From: Paralcaligenes sp.
GTDB lineage: Bacteria > Pseudomonadota > Gammaproteobacteria > Burkholderiales > Burkholderiaceae_B
NCBI GenBank assembly: GCA_039935015.1
Contig: JBDTLC010000017.1
Location: 17,359-81,358 of the forward strand
Length of the DNA stretch: 64,000 nt
Reading direction: 5' to 3'
Under the pieces are notes generated by a model. The model worked only from the letters and a program-made list of their open reading frames with translations, did not search any database and had not been told where the DNA came from. Of this stretch, positions 28,806-38,941 are shown in pieces (the stretch's first letter is position 1; each line of letters begins with the position of its first letter). Both the position numbers and the translations under genes were made by a program.

Positions 28806-30238
28806 GCAACAGACTCCAGCGTGATGCTCGCTATGCCGTTCGGTGGCACGTCCAGGTGGAAAATAACACCATCGTTCGTATCTTGCACGGAAATGATCTC
28901 GCGCCGCAATTCGGAGGCTGAGTGCAACGCTTCGAGTTCGGGCCGGTTCGGATAGGGCGAGCTACCAAGTTTCTCCCAGAGGCGGCGCGGGTTGCAGTGA
29001 CCCTCGTCGATACGCTCGATCCAGGCGACGCTCGGCCGGGAAGCGCCGTGGAGACGCATGCTGACCGATTCGCTTTGTATTGGATGGCCTGGAAAGGCCC
29101 GATTGACAAGCAACACGACAATCTGCGCGCGATTACGCACGACCCACGCGTCGACAGTCGCATGGCTGCCTTCGACAGCGAGTCGCTCGTGGCCCAAACG
29201 ATGCAACAACTGGAAGGCACGATAACTTGGCTTTGCAATGCCGTGAATCGTGAGCAAGCCGAACCCCCCGTGGAACGGAACGGATGAAAAATAGTTCTCC
29301 GCAAAAATATCGGAAAACGTCCAATAGCTATACCCCTTTACCAGGCCAGCAACATCGAGGAAGTTTTTCAGAATGAAGGCGGCAGCGTACGACTCGTCGT
29401 GCAAGTGAAAGAAGGGGTTCGAAGAACTACTCCATTCGGTGTAATAGACTGGTTTTCCACGTGCCGCCCCCACAGTGTCCTGAACATGCGCCCGCAACAC
29501 GCCGCGCACTGCCAGAGATAGCTGCTTCCTGGTATCGTCGCCAGGTTTGCCCAGCGCATCGGTCGGGTAATGGTGTGTTGAGATGAAATCTGCAGGCAAA
29601 TTGTTATGTTCGCAGAAGTCCACGAAATCTTTTATCCATCCGTTGCTAGCGGTTGCGGGACCACCCACCTGGAGTTCCGCATCAACCGCCTTGATGGCCT
29701 TGACCGTGTACCGGTACAGCATAAAATAGCCGTCTTGGCCGCCCGTCCAGAACGCGTCCAGATTGGGCTCGTTCCAGACCTCAAAAAACCATTGGCGCAC
29801 CTCGTCTATGCCATAGCGTTCGACCCAATGACTGACCAGCGTATGGATCATGGTTGCCCATTGTTCGTAATCATTGGGCGGTGTGATGTCGCCACGAAAA
29901 CTAAATACCGTCTTGTCGCCGGAGGCAAGTGCGGTTGGCATAAAGCTCAGCTCGACAAACGGCCTCATGCCGATGCCCACAAGAAAATCGAATATTTGGT
30001 CGCAGTTGAAAAAGCCGTACAACAACTTGCCCTGTTCGATGAGCACCGTCCCCATATCGTCCGACAAGATCGCGTGAAATCGCACATGACGGCAGCCGAG
30101 TTCGGCTCTCGCCCGGCGCATCTGGGTCTGCCAATCGGCGCGTAGCGCAAGATGAGCGCGGCCGCTGCCGATCGTGTGCGACCAGACATGCTCGAGTGCA
30201 ACGCCAGGTTCGTGAAGATTGCAATCAAATTGTGTCAT
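28802..30238 (-). CDS. GH39 glycoside hydrolase (beta-xylosidase-like)
   Basis: VRFH, PFVELSFMP, FEVWNEP acid/base, TEWS nucleophile, YWTFSDIF.E, FHGGFGL. Confidence 0.9.
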   Translation of the reverse strand: MTQFDCNLHEPGVALEHVWSHTIGSGRAHLALRADWQTQMRRARAELGCRHVRFHAILSDDMGTVLIEQGKLLYGFFNCDQIFDFLVGIGMRPFVELSFMPTALASGDKTVFSFRGDITPPNDYEQWATMIHTLVSHWVERYGIDEVRQWFFEVWNEPNLDAFWTGGQDGYFMLYRYTVKAIKAVDAELQVGGPATASNGWIKDFVDFCEHNNLPADFISTHHYPTDALGKPGDDTRKQLSLAVRGVLRAHVQDTVGAARGKPVYYTEWSSSSNPFFHLHDESYAAAFILKNFLDVAGLVKGYSYWTFSDIFAENYFSSVPFHGGFGLLTIHGIAKPSYRAFQLLHRLGHERLAVEGSHATVDAWVVRNRAQIVVLLVNRAFPGHPIQSESVSMRLHGASRPSVAWIERIDEGHCNPRRLWEKLGSSPYPNRPELEALHSASELRREIISVQDTNDGVIFHLDVPPNGIASITLESVA

Positions 30239-30357
30239 GTGAAACCTTCTTTTTCGTTTGTCTGGCGCATCTTCCCAGTCATGTCGCGGCAAGGCGGCAA
30301 TTTTTTACAAAATTGCCATGTTTGCGATCAGTATAAGGAGCCATACTCATATCTGTA

Positions 30358-30373
30358 TGTTCGCTACCGTACC
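30358..30373. promoter_or_regulatory. Island palindrome site 4, TGTTCGCTACCGTACC (bidirectional)
   Basis: CATACT (+) and TATACT (-) each 22 nt away. Confidence 0.75.
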
Positions 30374-30479
30374 GAAAACCCGTAACCTGCGGCACCATAC
30401 TGGCAAGGAAGCGCGGTAGAGCAAAGGCACGTCGCCGTCTGGCGAGCACTTCGCAGGCGAAACACATCAGGAACCGAGT

Positions 30480-32093
30480 ATGGCTGTCCAGCATTACGAT
30501 CTTATAGTAATAGGCACCGGTCCGGGCGGCGCGGCATTGGCCCACCGGTTGGCTCCCACCGGCAAAAAGATAATGATCTTCGAACGTGGCGATTATTTGC
30601 CACGGTGTATGGACAATTGGAATCCTCACAAGGTCTTTGTGGAAGGCATTTATCAAGCGCCTGACACCTGGTACGGTAAGGACGGTGAGACGTTCCATCC
30701 GGGCCTGCACTATTACGTAGGCGGTAATTCCAAGGTATACGGCGCAGCCTTATTTCGCCTGCGCGAGCGTGACTTCGACGAGATTCGCCACGTCGATGGC
30801 TTATCTCCCGCGTGGCCGCTGAAATACGACATGTTCGAGCCGTATTACGCGCAAGCCGAGCGGCTGTTTCACGTGCACGGAGAACGGGGCGAGGACCCGA
30901 ACGAACCTCATTCCAGTGGGCCGTACCCATTTTCGGCGATCGCGCATGAACCCCGCATCCAGACACTGAGCGATAGTTTTGCAGCAGACGGCCTGCATCC
31001 ATTTCATCTGCCGCTGGGCGTTCTACTCGACGAAAAGGACGGCAAGCCGACGCCTGCCAGCATCTGTTTTCGCAACCCGTACTTCGATGGCTTTCCCAGC
31101 CCGCTAAACGGCAAGGCCGACGCGCAAGTAATGTGTATCGATCCAATGCTTGCGGCTCACAACAACGTCACTCTGCTCACCAATGCCTATGTGTCCAGGC
31201 TCGACACCGACGCCTCCGGTCGCATCATCAACGCGGTGCAGGTCGAACGCGATGGCACAAAAGAAACCTATTCGGCCGATATCGTGGTGGTAGCCTGTGG
31301 TGCACTAAGTTCGGCGCTGCTGCTGCTGCGTTCAGCCACCGATAAACACCCCAACGGCTTGGCCAATGGCTCGGGCCAGGTTGGACGCAACTACATGCGT
31401 CACAATCAGTCCATATTGATGGCCATGCTACGCGAACCCAATGAGACAATTTTTCAGAAGACCCTTGCCCTGAGCGATTTTTATTTCGGCGCCGATGACT
31501 GGGAGTATCCGCTCGGCCTGATTCAGATGTGCGCGGTCACGCACGCCGATCAGATTCGCGGCGAAGCACTTCCATCGTGGCTGGAGTGGTTGCCAGAGAT
31601 GCCATTTGAAAAAATAGCAAAATATTCCATGAATTTCTGGTTGTCCAGCGAGGATTTGCCGCGTCAGGAGAACCGCATCCGCTACGATAGCGACCGGGTG
31701 GTGCTGGATCTCACCGAAAACAACTTAGAGGCGCACCGTCGCTTGAAGGACAAGCTGGAAAAATTGATGAGCCGCAATGGTGCGCTTCCGCACCTGTGGG
31801 AACGCAAGCTCTATTTTGGCAAGGACATTCCGATCGGCGGCACCGCCCACCAAGCCGGCACCGCTCGCTTCGGTACAGATCCGAATACCTCGGTGCTCGA
31901 CCTCGATTGCAAGGCTCACGAATTAGACAACTTGTACGTCGCCGACGCGAGCTTCTTCCCCTCGATCGGCGCGGTGAATCCCACTCTGACCATCATTGCC
32001 AATGCGTTGCGCGTCGCCGACCATATTAAGGACCGACTCGGTGCATCCGTTCCGACTGCCGTAGCCAACATTTGCAGGAGAAGCGACGCATGA
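30480..32093 (+). CDS. GMC-family FAD oxidoreductase (sugar dehydrogenase-like)
   Basis: GTGPGG, GGNSKVYG, HQAGT, NPTLTI.ANA. Confidence 0.9.
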   Translation: MAVQHYDLIVIGTGPGGAALAHRLAPTGKKIMIFERGDYLPRCMDNWNPHKVFVEGIYQAPDTWYGKDGETFHPGLHYYVGGNSKVYGAALFRLRERDFDEIRHVDGLSPAWPLKYDMFEPYYAQAERLFHVHGERGEDPNEPHSSGPYPFSAIAHEPRIQTLSDSFAADGLHPFHLPLGVLLDEKDGKPTPASICFRNPYFDGFPSPLNGKADAQVMCIDPMLAAHNNVTLLTNAYVSRLDTDASGRIINAVQVERDGTKETYSADIVVVACGALSSALLLLRSATDKHPNGLANGSGQVGRNYMRHNQSILMAMLREPNETIFQKTLALSDFYFGADDWEYPLGLIQMCAVTHADQIRGEALPSWLEWLPEMPFEKIAKYSMNFWLSSEDLPRQENRIRYDSDRVVLDLTENNLEAHRRLKDKLEKLMSRNGALPHLWERKLYFGKDIPIGGTAHQAGTARFGTDPNTSVLDLDCKAHELDNLYVADASFFPSIGAVNPTLTIIANALRVADHIKDRLGASVPTAVANICRRSDA

Positions 32094-32638
32094 CTTGGCT
32101 GTACGTCTTTCTGGTTCCGCTCATAGCCCGTATCTGTCTTGTCGTCCTGTTTCCTTTCAGCGCACTTGACAAGATTTTGGACTGGGATGATGCCCTGAAG
32201 CAGGCCCAATCCAGCTTTGTACCTACCGGCATCGCTCCGGGGTTGCTGGTGCTCGCGATCGTCGTCGAATTCGTGGCGCCGTTCTGCATTGTGACCGGCT
32301 GGCATGATCGCCTAGCTGCGCTTGTGCTTGCGGGCTTCTGCGTCGCGACGGCACTGCTCTATCACAACTTCTGGAGATATCCAGACTTCTGGATCAAGGG
32401 CGACAGCAAGGCACGCAGTCATTTTTGGGATTTTCTCAAGAACTTCGGGCTGGTCGGCGGCCTGCTGCTCGTCACTTTTGGCACAGCGCTCGTTCCTGCC
32501 GACCGGGTGGCCTCCCATTTATTGCCTTCGGACCCACTTTACTCACGGAACGCGCCATTGACGCCGCCTACGCCGTCAATACTAAGATCTGACCCGTCAA
32601 ACAAAGATACACACGCAAACGGAGCCATACAGCAATGA
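32090..32638 (+). CDS. DoxX family membrane protein
   Basis: R......F..SA.DK, H.FW, F.KN..L.GG; ATGA coupling. Confidence 0.85.
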   Translation: MTWLYVFLVPLIARICLVVLFPFSALDKILDWDDALKQAQSSFVPTGIAPGLLVLAIVVEFVAPFCIVTGWHDRLAALVLAGFCVATALLYHNFWRYPDFWIKGDSKARSHFWDFLKNFGLVGGLLLVTFGTALVPADRVASHLLPSDPLYSRNAPLTPPTPSILRSDPSNKDTHANGAIQQ

Positions 32639-33102
32639 CTAGTCATCAAGAAGACGTGAAGTACACAGAGAAACCTACAGTGCCCTATTGGCACATCTGG
32701 ACTGACGCGGACGGCGTCAGCCATCAAACCCGTTGCATGCTGGAGCACTTTGAGCTCGCAAGCGTCGGTAACGCTGACCCGCAATGGAACAATAAGCAGA
32801 AACGAACCGAAGCTACCGTCGTGTTCACTGTGCTCCCGGTTGGATGGGTTGGCGAATGGCACGAGAACCCGAGTCCGCAATGGATTTTGCCGCTATCGGG
32901 GCGTTGGTTCGTCGAATCAATGGACGGCACCCGGGTCGAGATGGGTGCGGGCGAGCTATCGCGAGGCGAGGACCAAAACTGCATCCCCAACAAACAAGGC
33001 AACAAAGGCCACCGTTCGGGCACGCTGGAAGACGCGCCGTGTGTGCTGCTGTGCGTGCAATGTCACGTGACACCCGTGCGCGAAGCCTGCCACATCAAGT
33101 GA
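32635..33102 (+). CDS. Cupin domain protein
   Basis: WTD.DG.S, WHENP.PQW...L.G, GED....GH.S. Confidence 0.8.
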   Translation: MTSHQEDVKYTEKPTVPYWHIWTDADGVSHQTRCMLEHFELASVGNADPQWNNKQKRTEATVVFTVLPVGWVGEWHENPSPQWILPLSGRWFVESMDGTRVEMGAGELSRGEDQNCIPNKQGNKGHRSGTLEDAPCVLLCVQCHVTPVREACHIK

Positions 33103-33112
33103 GGAAAGAGTT

Positions 33113-34030
33113 ATGGACACCGGCATGGACAACATCGAAATTATCGACAAGCGCTTCAAGTCCTGCGTGTTGCCCAATGCGCCGCTGGAGAAACTGGGTG
33201 AAGGCTTCCGCTGGCTGGAGGGCCCAGTGTGGTTCGCAGACATGCAGTGCCTGCTGGTCAGCGACATCCCCAATAACCGGATCATGCGCTGGACCGAATC
33301 CGGTGGCGTATCGGTATTTCGCGAGCCCTCTAACTTTGCCAATGGCCACACCAGGGACCACCAAGGCAGGCTGGTTGGCTGCTCGCACCATGGGCGGTGC
33401 ATCACACGCACTGAATTCGATGGCACCCTCACGACCCTTGTTGATCGCTACCAGGGCAAGCGCCTCAATTCGCCCAACGACATCGTAGTCAAAAGTGATG
33501 GCACGATATGGTTCAGTGACCCGACGTTCGGCATCACCCGGGATTATGAGGGTGGCAAGCAGGAATCCGAGTTGCAGCCTAATCTGTACCGTTTCGATCC
33601 TGGCGATGGCTCGCTGACGGTTATCGCCGATGATTTCAAGGGCCCGAACGGTCTATGTTTCTCGCCTGACGAAAAGCGGCTTTACGTGGCCGAGTGCGGG
33701 CCGCCGTTCGCGCAGAACCCCGAACAACACATCCGCGTATACGATGTGGCAGACGATGGCAAGACAGTAATCAATGCACGAGTGTTCCATAAGGTTGAAC
33801 CCGGCGTGGCGGACGGCTTTCGCTGCGACACAGAAGGCAACATCTGGACAAGCGCCGCCGACGGTGTGCACTGCATTGATCCGGCCGGCAATTTAATGGG
33901 AAAGCTCAAGGTGCCTTTCGTGGTTTCCAATCTGACTTTCGGTGGCCGCAACCGTAGCCGTCTATTCATCTGTGGTTCGCAAACATTGTTCGCGCAGTAC
34001 GTCAATCGACGTGGCGCGCAGAATCCGTGA
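33113..34030 (+). CDS. SMP-30/gluconolactonase family protein
   Basis: WLEGPVW, NSPND, PNGLCFSPD, DGFRCD.EGNIW. Confidence 0.92.
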   Translation: MDTGMDNIEIIDKRFKSCVLPNAPLEKLGEGFRWLEGPVWFADMQCLLVSDIPNNRIMRWTESGGVSVFREPSNFANGHTRDHQGRLVGCSHHGRCITRTEFDGTLTTLVDRYQGKRLNSPNDIVVKSDGTIWFSDPTFGITRDYEGGKQESELQPNLYRFDPGDGSLTVIADDFKGPNGLCFSPDEKRLYVAECGPPFAQNPEQHIRVYDVADDGKTVINARVFHKVEPGVADGFRCDTEGNIWTSAADGVHCIDPAGNLMGKLKVPFVVSNLTFGGRNRSRLFICGSQTLFAQYVNRRGAQNP

Positions 34031-34944
34031 ACGCGGGCGTACAACGGCTGCTGTGGATTGGCCGAAATGTCGCCGACCTAGATCGTGCAGTCGCCTTTTA
34101 CTGCGATGCCCTGGGCTTTCGGGTCGAGCAAAGTGCGGAAGTGGCGCCGCTGACTTGGCCAAGCCTGCAAGGTATAGTCAAACCGCCCACGCGCAGCGCG
34201 CGGCTGTCGCTCGGCTCTCAGCGCATCGAGCTGAGCGAATTTCCGGATGCTATCCCATATCCGCCCGGGGCCACTAGCGCTGATCTCTGTTTTCAGCATT
34301 GCGCGGTCGTGGTCAATGACATGGATGCTGCCTATGCACGCCTGTTACAGCACGGCGGCGGGACGGCTATTAGCACCGAAGGCCCGCAACGCCTGCCACC
34401 GACGAGCGGAAGTGTAACAGCGTTCAAATTTCGCGATGCGGATGGCCATCCGTTGGAGCTGATTTCGTTTCCGCTGGGGAGCGGAGACCGGGTCTGGCAG
34501 CAGCATGCTGGTGGCCCGACGCTTGGCATTGACCACATAGCAATCAGCGTGAGCAATGTCGAACGAAGCATCACGTTCTATCGACTGCTTGGTTTCGAGA
34601 TCTCTTCGCGCAGCGTGAATCGCGGCGCTGAGCAGCAACGCCTGGATGGCCTTGCGCAGGTCGAGGTGGACGTCATAGCGCTGCAACCTGGCATGGCAGA
34701 GACACCGCATCTCGAACTGCTCGGGTACCGGATCCCGTATGGCCGAAAATTCCCGAACGTGGGCGCCTGCGCTATTAGCGCGGACCGGGTGGCACTGAAA
34801 ACGCGAAGCCTGCCGGTGTTACTTGACAAATTAGGCGATGAGAATGCGAGCCACGTCACGACCAGCCTGATAGTTTCGACCAAAATTCCGCAAATTGCAT
34901 GGCTGTCCGATCCAGATGGGCATTGGTTGGTTCTGATCGAATAG
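34027..34944 (+). CDS. VOC/glyoxalase family protein (two modules)
   Basis: V.DLDRA..FY...LGF, FRD.DGHPLEL, IDH.AISV, DPDGH. Confidence 0.85.
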   Translation: MNAGVQRLLWIGRNVADLDRAVAFYCDALGFRVEQSAEVAPLTWPSLQGIVKPPTRSARLSLGSQRIELSEFPDAIPYPPGATSADLCFQHCAVVVNDMDAAYARLLQHGGGTAISTEGPQRLPPTSGSVTAFKFRDADGHPLELISFPLGSGDRVWQQHAGGPTLGIDHIAISVSNVERSITFYRLLGFEISSRSVNRGAEQQRLDGLAQVEVDVIALQPGMAETPHLELLGYRIPYGRKFPNVGACAISADRVALKTRSLPVLLDKLGDENASHVTTSLIVSTKIPQIAWLSDPDGHWLVLIE

Positions 34945-35039
34945 CTCAAAATATAACAAGAAACTAATGGAAGATGATGTCGATTGCTCTCCAGAAAAGC
35001 CTCCACACGGTGGACGGCGACAACATTTTTAATAGTATG

Positions 35040-35055
35040 TGTGCGCCAACGTACA
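35040..35055. promoter_or_regulatory. Island palindrome site 5, TGTGCGCCAACGTACA
   Basis: CAATAT 21 nt downstream; upstream of cyoA. Confidence 0.7.
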
Positions 35056-35136
35056 TAGCCGAGAGAAAAAAAGTGTCAATATCGAAATTAAAGTCGCATT
35101 GGTAGTGGTGGAAAATGAAACGAGGGACGCCTCATC

Positions 35137-36207
35137 GTGAATAGTGATAGCAGTCAACGGGATTCTGCGTGGCACCATCGCCAAGGGAGTCCGCAACCTT
35201 CGGCAAACGCGAAGTGCCGGCAGACAATGTCGGTAGGTCGCTGGCTTGTCCTGTGCATTGTCCTGCAATTGCTCGTCGCTTGTACCGCCAGCACTCACAT
35301 AAGTTTCCTCGACCCGCAGGGCCCAGTGGCCGATGCTCAACGCTGGCACTTTTATTGGGTACTCGCAATCTTGGCGGTCTTGGTGGCCCTGCCAATCTTT
35401 TTGGTACTACCCTTTTTTGCCTGGCGCTATCGTTACGGCAACAAGTCGGCGCGTTACACACCAAAATGGGAGTTTTCGCGGCTACTGGAAATCCTGTCGT
35501 GGGGCGGTCCCATCGTCATCGTGGTGGTACTGTCCGTTTTTGTGTGGCGTGATTCGCATAAGCTGGATCCATACAAGTCCATGGCTTCGAACCTGCCAGT
35601 GCTACACATGCAGGTGATCGGCTACGACTGGAAATGGTTGTTCATTTACCCCGACCAAGGCATCGCCACGATCGGAATGATGGCCATACCGATGGGCCGT
35701 CCGGTGTCGATGCACCTGACCTCGGCGACAGTAATGCAGTCGTTTTTCATCCCGGCGCTGGGCGGCCAAATCTACGCGATGGGCGGTATGGTCACGCAAC
35801 TTAATCTGCAAGCCAGCAAAACTGGGCGCTCTCTGGGAGAGAACACCATGTACAACGGCGACGGCTTCTCTGAACAGAAGTTCACTGCAGTTGCGATGAC
35901 ACCCGCCCAGTTCAAGGCGTGGGTAGCCAACGTGCGCACAACCGGCATTTCCCTCGACGCGCATACCTTGAAAACCATCTCGCAACGTAGCACACGTAGC
36001 CAGTTGGTCGCCGCGCTCCCCGAAGCCAAGCCCATGGATGGCAATGTGTACTTCACCGACGTAAGCAACGCGCTGTTCCCTGCCGTTGTCAAAGCAGTCA
36101 TGGACGGCACTCCAGTCGAACTGAACCGTGCGGGCGACCCACCCGCGAAGGTCTCCAATGACATGCCTCCCAAACACTCCGCAACGGTTGTAAAGGAAGC
36201 CCGATGA
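35137..36207 (+). CDS. cyoA: Cytochrome bo-type quinol oxidase subunit II
   Basis: Lipobox LLVAC, LDP.GP, WRYR, DWKWLFIYP, SFFIP.LGGQIYAM; no CuA ligands; start may be ATG 35227. Confidence 0.9.
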   Translation: MNSDSSQRDSAWHHRQGSPQPSANAKCRQTMSVGRWLVLCIVLQLLVACTASTHISFLDPQGPVADAQRWHFYWVLAILAVLVALPIFLVLPFFAWRYRYGNKSARYTPKWEFSRLLEILSWGGPIVIVVVLSVFVWRDSHKLDPYKSMASNLPVLHMQVIGYDWKWLFIYPDQGIATIGMMAIPMGRPVSMHLTSATVMQSFFIPALGGQIYAMGGMVTQLNLQASKTGRSLGENTMYNGDGFSEQKFTAVAMTPAQFKAWVANVRTTGISLDAHTLKTISQRSTRSQLVAALPEAKPMDGNVYFTDVSNALFPAVVKAVMDGTPVELNRAGDPPAKVSNDMPPKHSATVVKEAR

Positions 36208-38321
36208 ATGCCGCTGCCATCATCGAGCACCCGCTCGGGCGTTTGCACTTGACATCGCTGCCGTTCTATCAGATGCTGCAAGACCCCACCAAAGCAAATC
36301 TGATCAACGGCAGCATCGGGGGATTTGCCGCAAGCCTAGTCGTGATCGGAGCCATCGTTACCATTGCACTGATCACCTACTATGGCAAGTGGCGCGTGCT
36401 GTGGTCGGAATGGCTGACCAGCGTCGACCACAAGAAGATTGGCATTATGTACGTGGTGTTGGCCCTCGTGATGCTGGCGCGGGCGCTGATTGAGGCGATG
36501 TTGATGCGCGCTCAACAGGCGTGGGGGCTGGACGGCGGCTTTCTGTCGCCCGACCATTTTGCGCAATTGTTCAGCACCCACGGCACGATCATGATCTTCT
36601 TCATGGCGATGCCGTTTCTCACCGGCCTCATCAATTACGTAATGCCGCTGCAGATCGGCGCGCGCGACGTGTCCTTTCCGGTACTCAATTCAGTCAGTTT
36701 ATGGCTGACTGCGGCTGGCGCAACACTGGTGATGGTTTCGCTGGTTTTGGGGCAATTCTCAACGGGCGGCTGGTTCGGCTACCCGCCCTATACGGAGGCC
36801 ACTTTCAGCCCCGGCGTAGGGCCGGATTACTGGATTTGGGCGCTAACCGTAACAGGGCTTGGATCGACCTTCACCGGCATCAATTTCGCAGTGACTATTT
36901 ACAAGGAACGCGCGCCCGGCATGACGCTGCTGCGGATGCCGCTATTCACCTGGACCGCGCTGTGTACCGCGATTCTGATGATTTTCGCGATGCCGCCGCT
37001 GACCGTGGCCATGGGGCAGCTGGCGCTGGACCGCTATCTCGGTTTCCATTATTTCACCAATTCGCTGGGCGGCAACCAGATGCAATTCGCCAACCTTTTT
37101 TGGTTGTTTGGTCATCCGGAGGTTTACATCTTGATCCTACCGGCCTTCGGCGTTTACTCTGAAGTCATCTCGACATTTTCGGGCAAGGCACTGTTCGGCT
37201 ATCGGTCGCTGGTGATGGCGACCATGTGCATAGCCATTCTGTCCTTCACCGTATGGTTACATCACTTTTTCACGATGGGTCAGAGTGCCAATATTAATGC
37301 GGTATTCGGCATCGCCTCGATGCTGATCGGCATCCCCACTGGTGTCAAAATCTACGACTGGCTCTGGACAATGTTTCGCGGCCGAGTGCGATACACCACC
37401 CCCATGGTATACGCGCTTGGCTTCATCGTTTTGTTCGTGCTCGGCGGCATGACTGGAATCCTGCTGGCCAACCCAAGCATCGACTATCAAGTGCATAACA
37501 CGGTGTTCCTGGTAGCGCATTTTCACAACGTCGCGGTCCCCGGGGTATTGTTCGGAATGTTGGCCGGTTACCATTTCTGGTTTCCCAAGGCATTCGGTTT
37601 TCGCCTCAGCGAGCGCTGGGGCATCTTCTCGGCGCTGTGCTGGATCTTCGGCTTTATATTAGCGTTCTTCCCACTGTACGCTTTAGGCATAATGGGATTT
37701 CCGCGTCGCACAGTAGCGTACAGTCAGTCGACATACGTTCCGCTGGAAATGGTGGCATTCGCGGGTGCGCTGCTGCTTGGTGTCGCGCTGCTGGCGCTGG
37801 TTACCCAACTCTATGTATCGATCAGGGATCGTGAACAAAACCTCGTTCCGATAGGCGACCCGTGGGACGGGCGCAGTCTGGAATGGGCGGTTTCGGCGCC
37901 GCCACCAGAGTACAACTTCGCTGTCATTCCGGTCGTCAATGATCGCGATGCGTTCACGGCCGCCAAAGAATTCGGCAAGGGTTACCAGGTGCCGGACGAG
38001 TATGTGGACATCCAGATGCCCCGCAACACCGCGATGGGCCCAGTGCTTGGCGCGCTCGGTTTTGCCACCGCGTTCGGACTGGTCTGGCATATTTGGTGGC
38101 TGGTAATTATAGGCACGCTGTCCGTGATCACAACGATGATTCTCCACGGGTTCGCGCGCGACATCACCAAAGTAATTACCGCCGGCACAGTCGAGCAAGA
38201 ACACAGGCAATGGCTGGACACTGCACGCACTGCGACCGCCATCACGCGGGATGATGAACGCAAGTGCACCAATCGTGGCCTGGCCGAAGTCGAGCCGTGG
38301 GCCGCAGAGGCCACGCCATGA
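36204..38321 (+). CDS. cyoB: Cytochrome bo-type quinol oxidase subunit I
   Basis: WLTSVDHKKIG, HGTIMIF, GHPEVY, WLHH, AHFH. Confidence 0.93.
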   Translation: MNAAAIIEHPLGRLHLTSLPFYQMLQDPTKANLINGSIGGFAASLVVIGAIVTIALITYYGKWRVLWSEWLTSVDHKKIGIMYVVLALVMLARALIEAMLMRAQQAWGLDGGFLSPDHFAQLFSTHGTIMIFFMAMPFLTGLINYVMPLQIGARDVSFPVLNSVSLWLTAAGATLVMVSLVLGQFSTGGWFGYPPYTEATFSPGVGPDYWIWALTVTGLGSTFTGINFAVTIYKERAPGMTLLRMPLFTWTALCTAILMIFAMPPLTVAMGQLALDRYLGFHYFTNSLGGNQMQFANLFWLFGHPEVYILILPAFGVYSEVISTFSGKALFGYRSLVMATMCIAILSFTVWLHHFFTMGQSANINAVFGIASMLIGIPTGVKIYDWLWTMFRGRVRYTTPMVYALGFIVLFVLGGMTGILLANPSIDYQVHNTVFLVAHFHNVAVPGVLFGMLAGYHFWFPKAFGFRLSERWGIFSALCWIFGFILAFFPLYALGIMGFPRRTVAYSQSTYVPLEMVAFAGALLLGVALLALVTQLYVSIRDREQNLVPIGDPWDGRSLEWAVSAPPPEYNFAVIPVVNDRDAFTAAKEFGKGYQVPDEYVDIQMPRNTAMGPVLGALGFATAFGLVWHIWWLVIIGTLSVITTMILHGFARDITKVITAGTVEQEHRQWLDTARTATAITRDDERKCTNRGLAEVEPWAAEATP

Positions 38322-38941
38322 GCTATCAAGTCTTCAAATACCCGGGACTGAATCTGGGTAACACTCACTCCGAGGCACACAACGCGGCAGAAACCATGGT
38401 GTTCGGTTTCTGGGTGTTCCTGATGAGCGATGCCATCCTGTTCGGATTGGTGTTTTCAACGTACGTAATATCAGTCCACGCCACCGCCGGCGGACCGGGT
38501 CCGCACGAGCTGTACGATATTAAGAGCGTGTTCATCGAAACCCTGCTGCTGCTAGCCAGCAGTTTTACCTTCGGTATGGCTTCGCTGGCAATGAAATACA
38601 AGCACAGTATGCCGCGGCTGATCGGGTGGTTGCTGGTGACGCTGCTGTTAGGCGCCACGTTTCTGAGCTTCGAGGTGCACGATTTTCTGACGATGATCGC
38701 CAAAGGCGGCGTACCTCAGCGCAGCGGATTTCTGTCCGCCTTCTTCGACCTGGTGCCACTGCATGGCCTGCACGTGACTGCGGGCTGCATCTGGATGCTG
38801 TGCATCTTCGGTCAGATCGCGCGCTATGGCCTCGATACTCCAACCAAACTGGGCATCCTGCGGCTGGCACTCTTCTGGCATTTTCTGGACATTGTCTGGA
38901 TCGCAATTTTCACCGTGGTATATCTGGGAGGACTGGCATGA
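38318..38941 (+). CDS. cyoC: Quinol oxidase subunit III
   Basis: GFWVFLMSD..LF, HGLHV, FWHFLDIVW. Confidence 0.92.
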   Translation: MSYQVFKYPGLNLGNTHSEAHNAAETMVFGFWVFLMSDAILFGLVFSTYVISVHATAGGPGPHELYDIKSVFIETLLLLASSFTFGMASLAMKYKHSMPRLIGWLLVTLLLGATFLSFEVHDFLTMIAKGGVPQRSGFLSAFFDLVPLHGLHVTAGCIWMLCIFGQIARYGLDTPTKLGILRLALFWHFLDIVWIAIFTVVYLGGLA

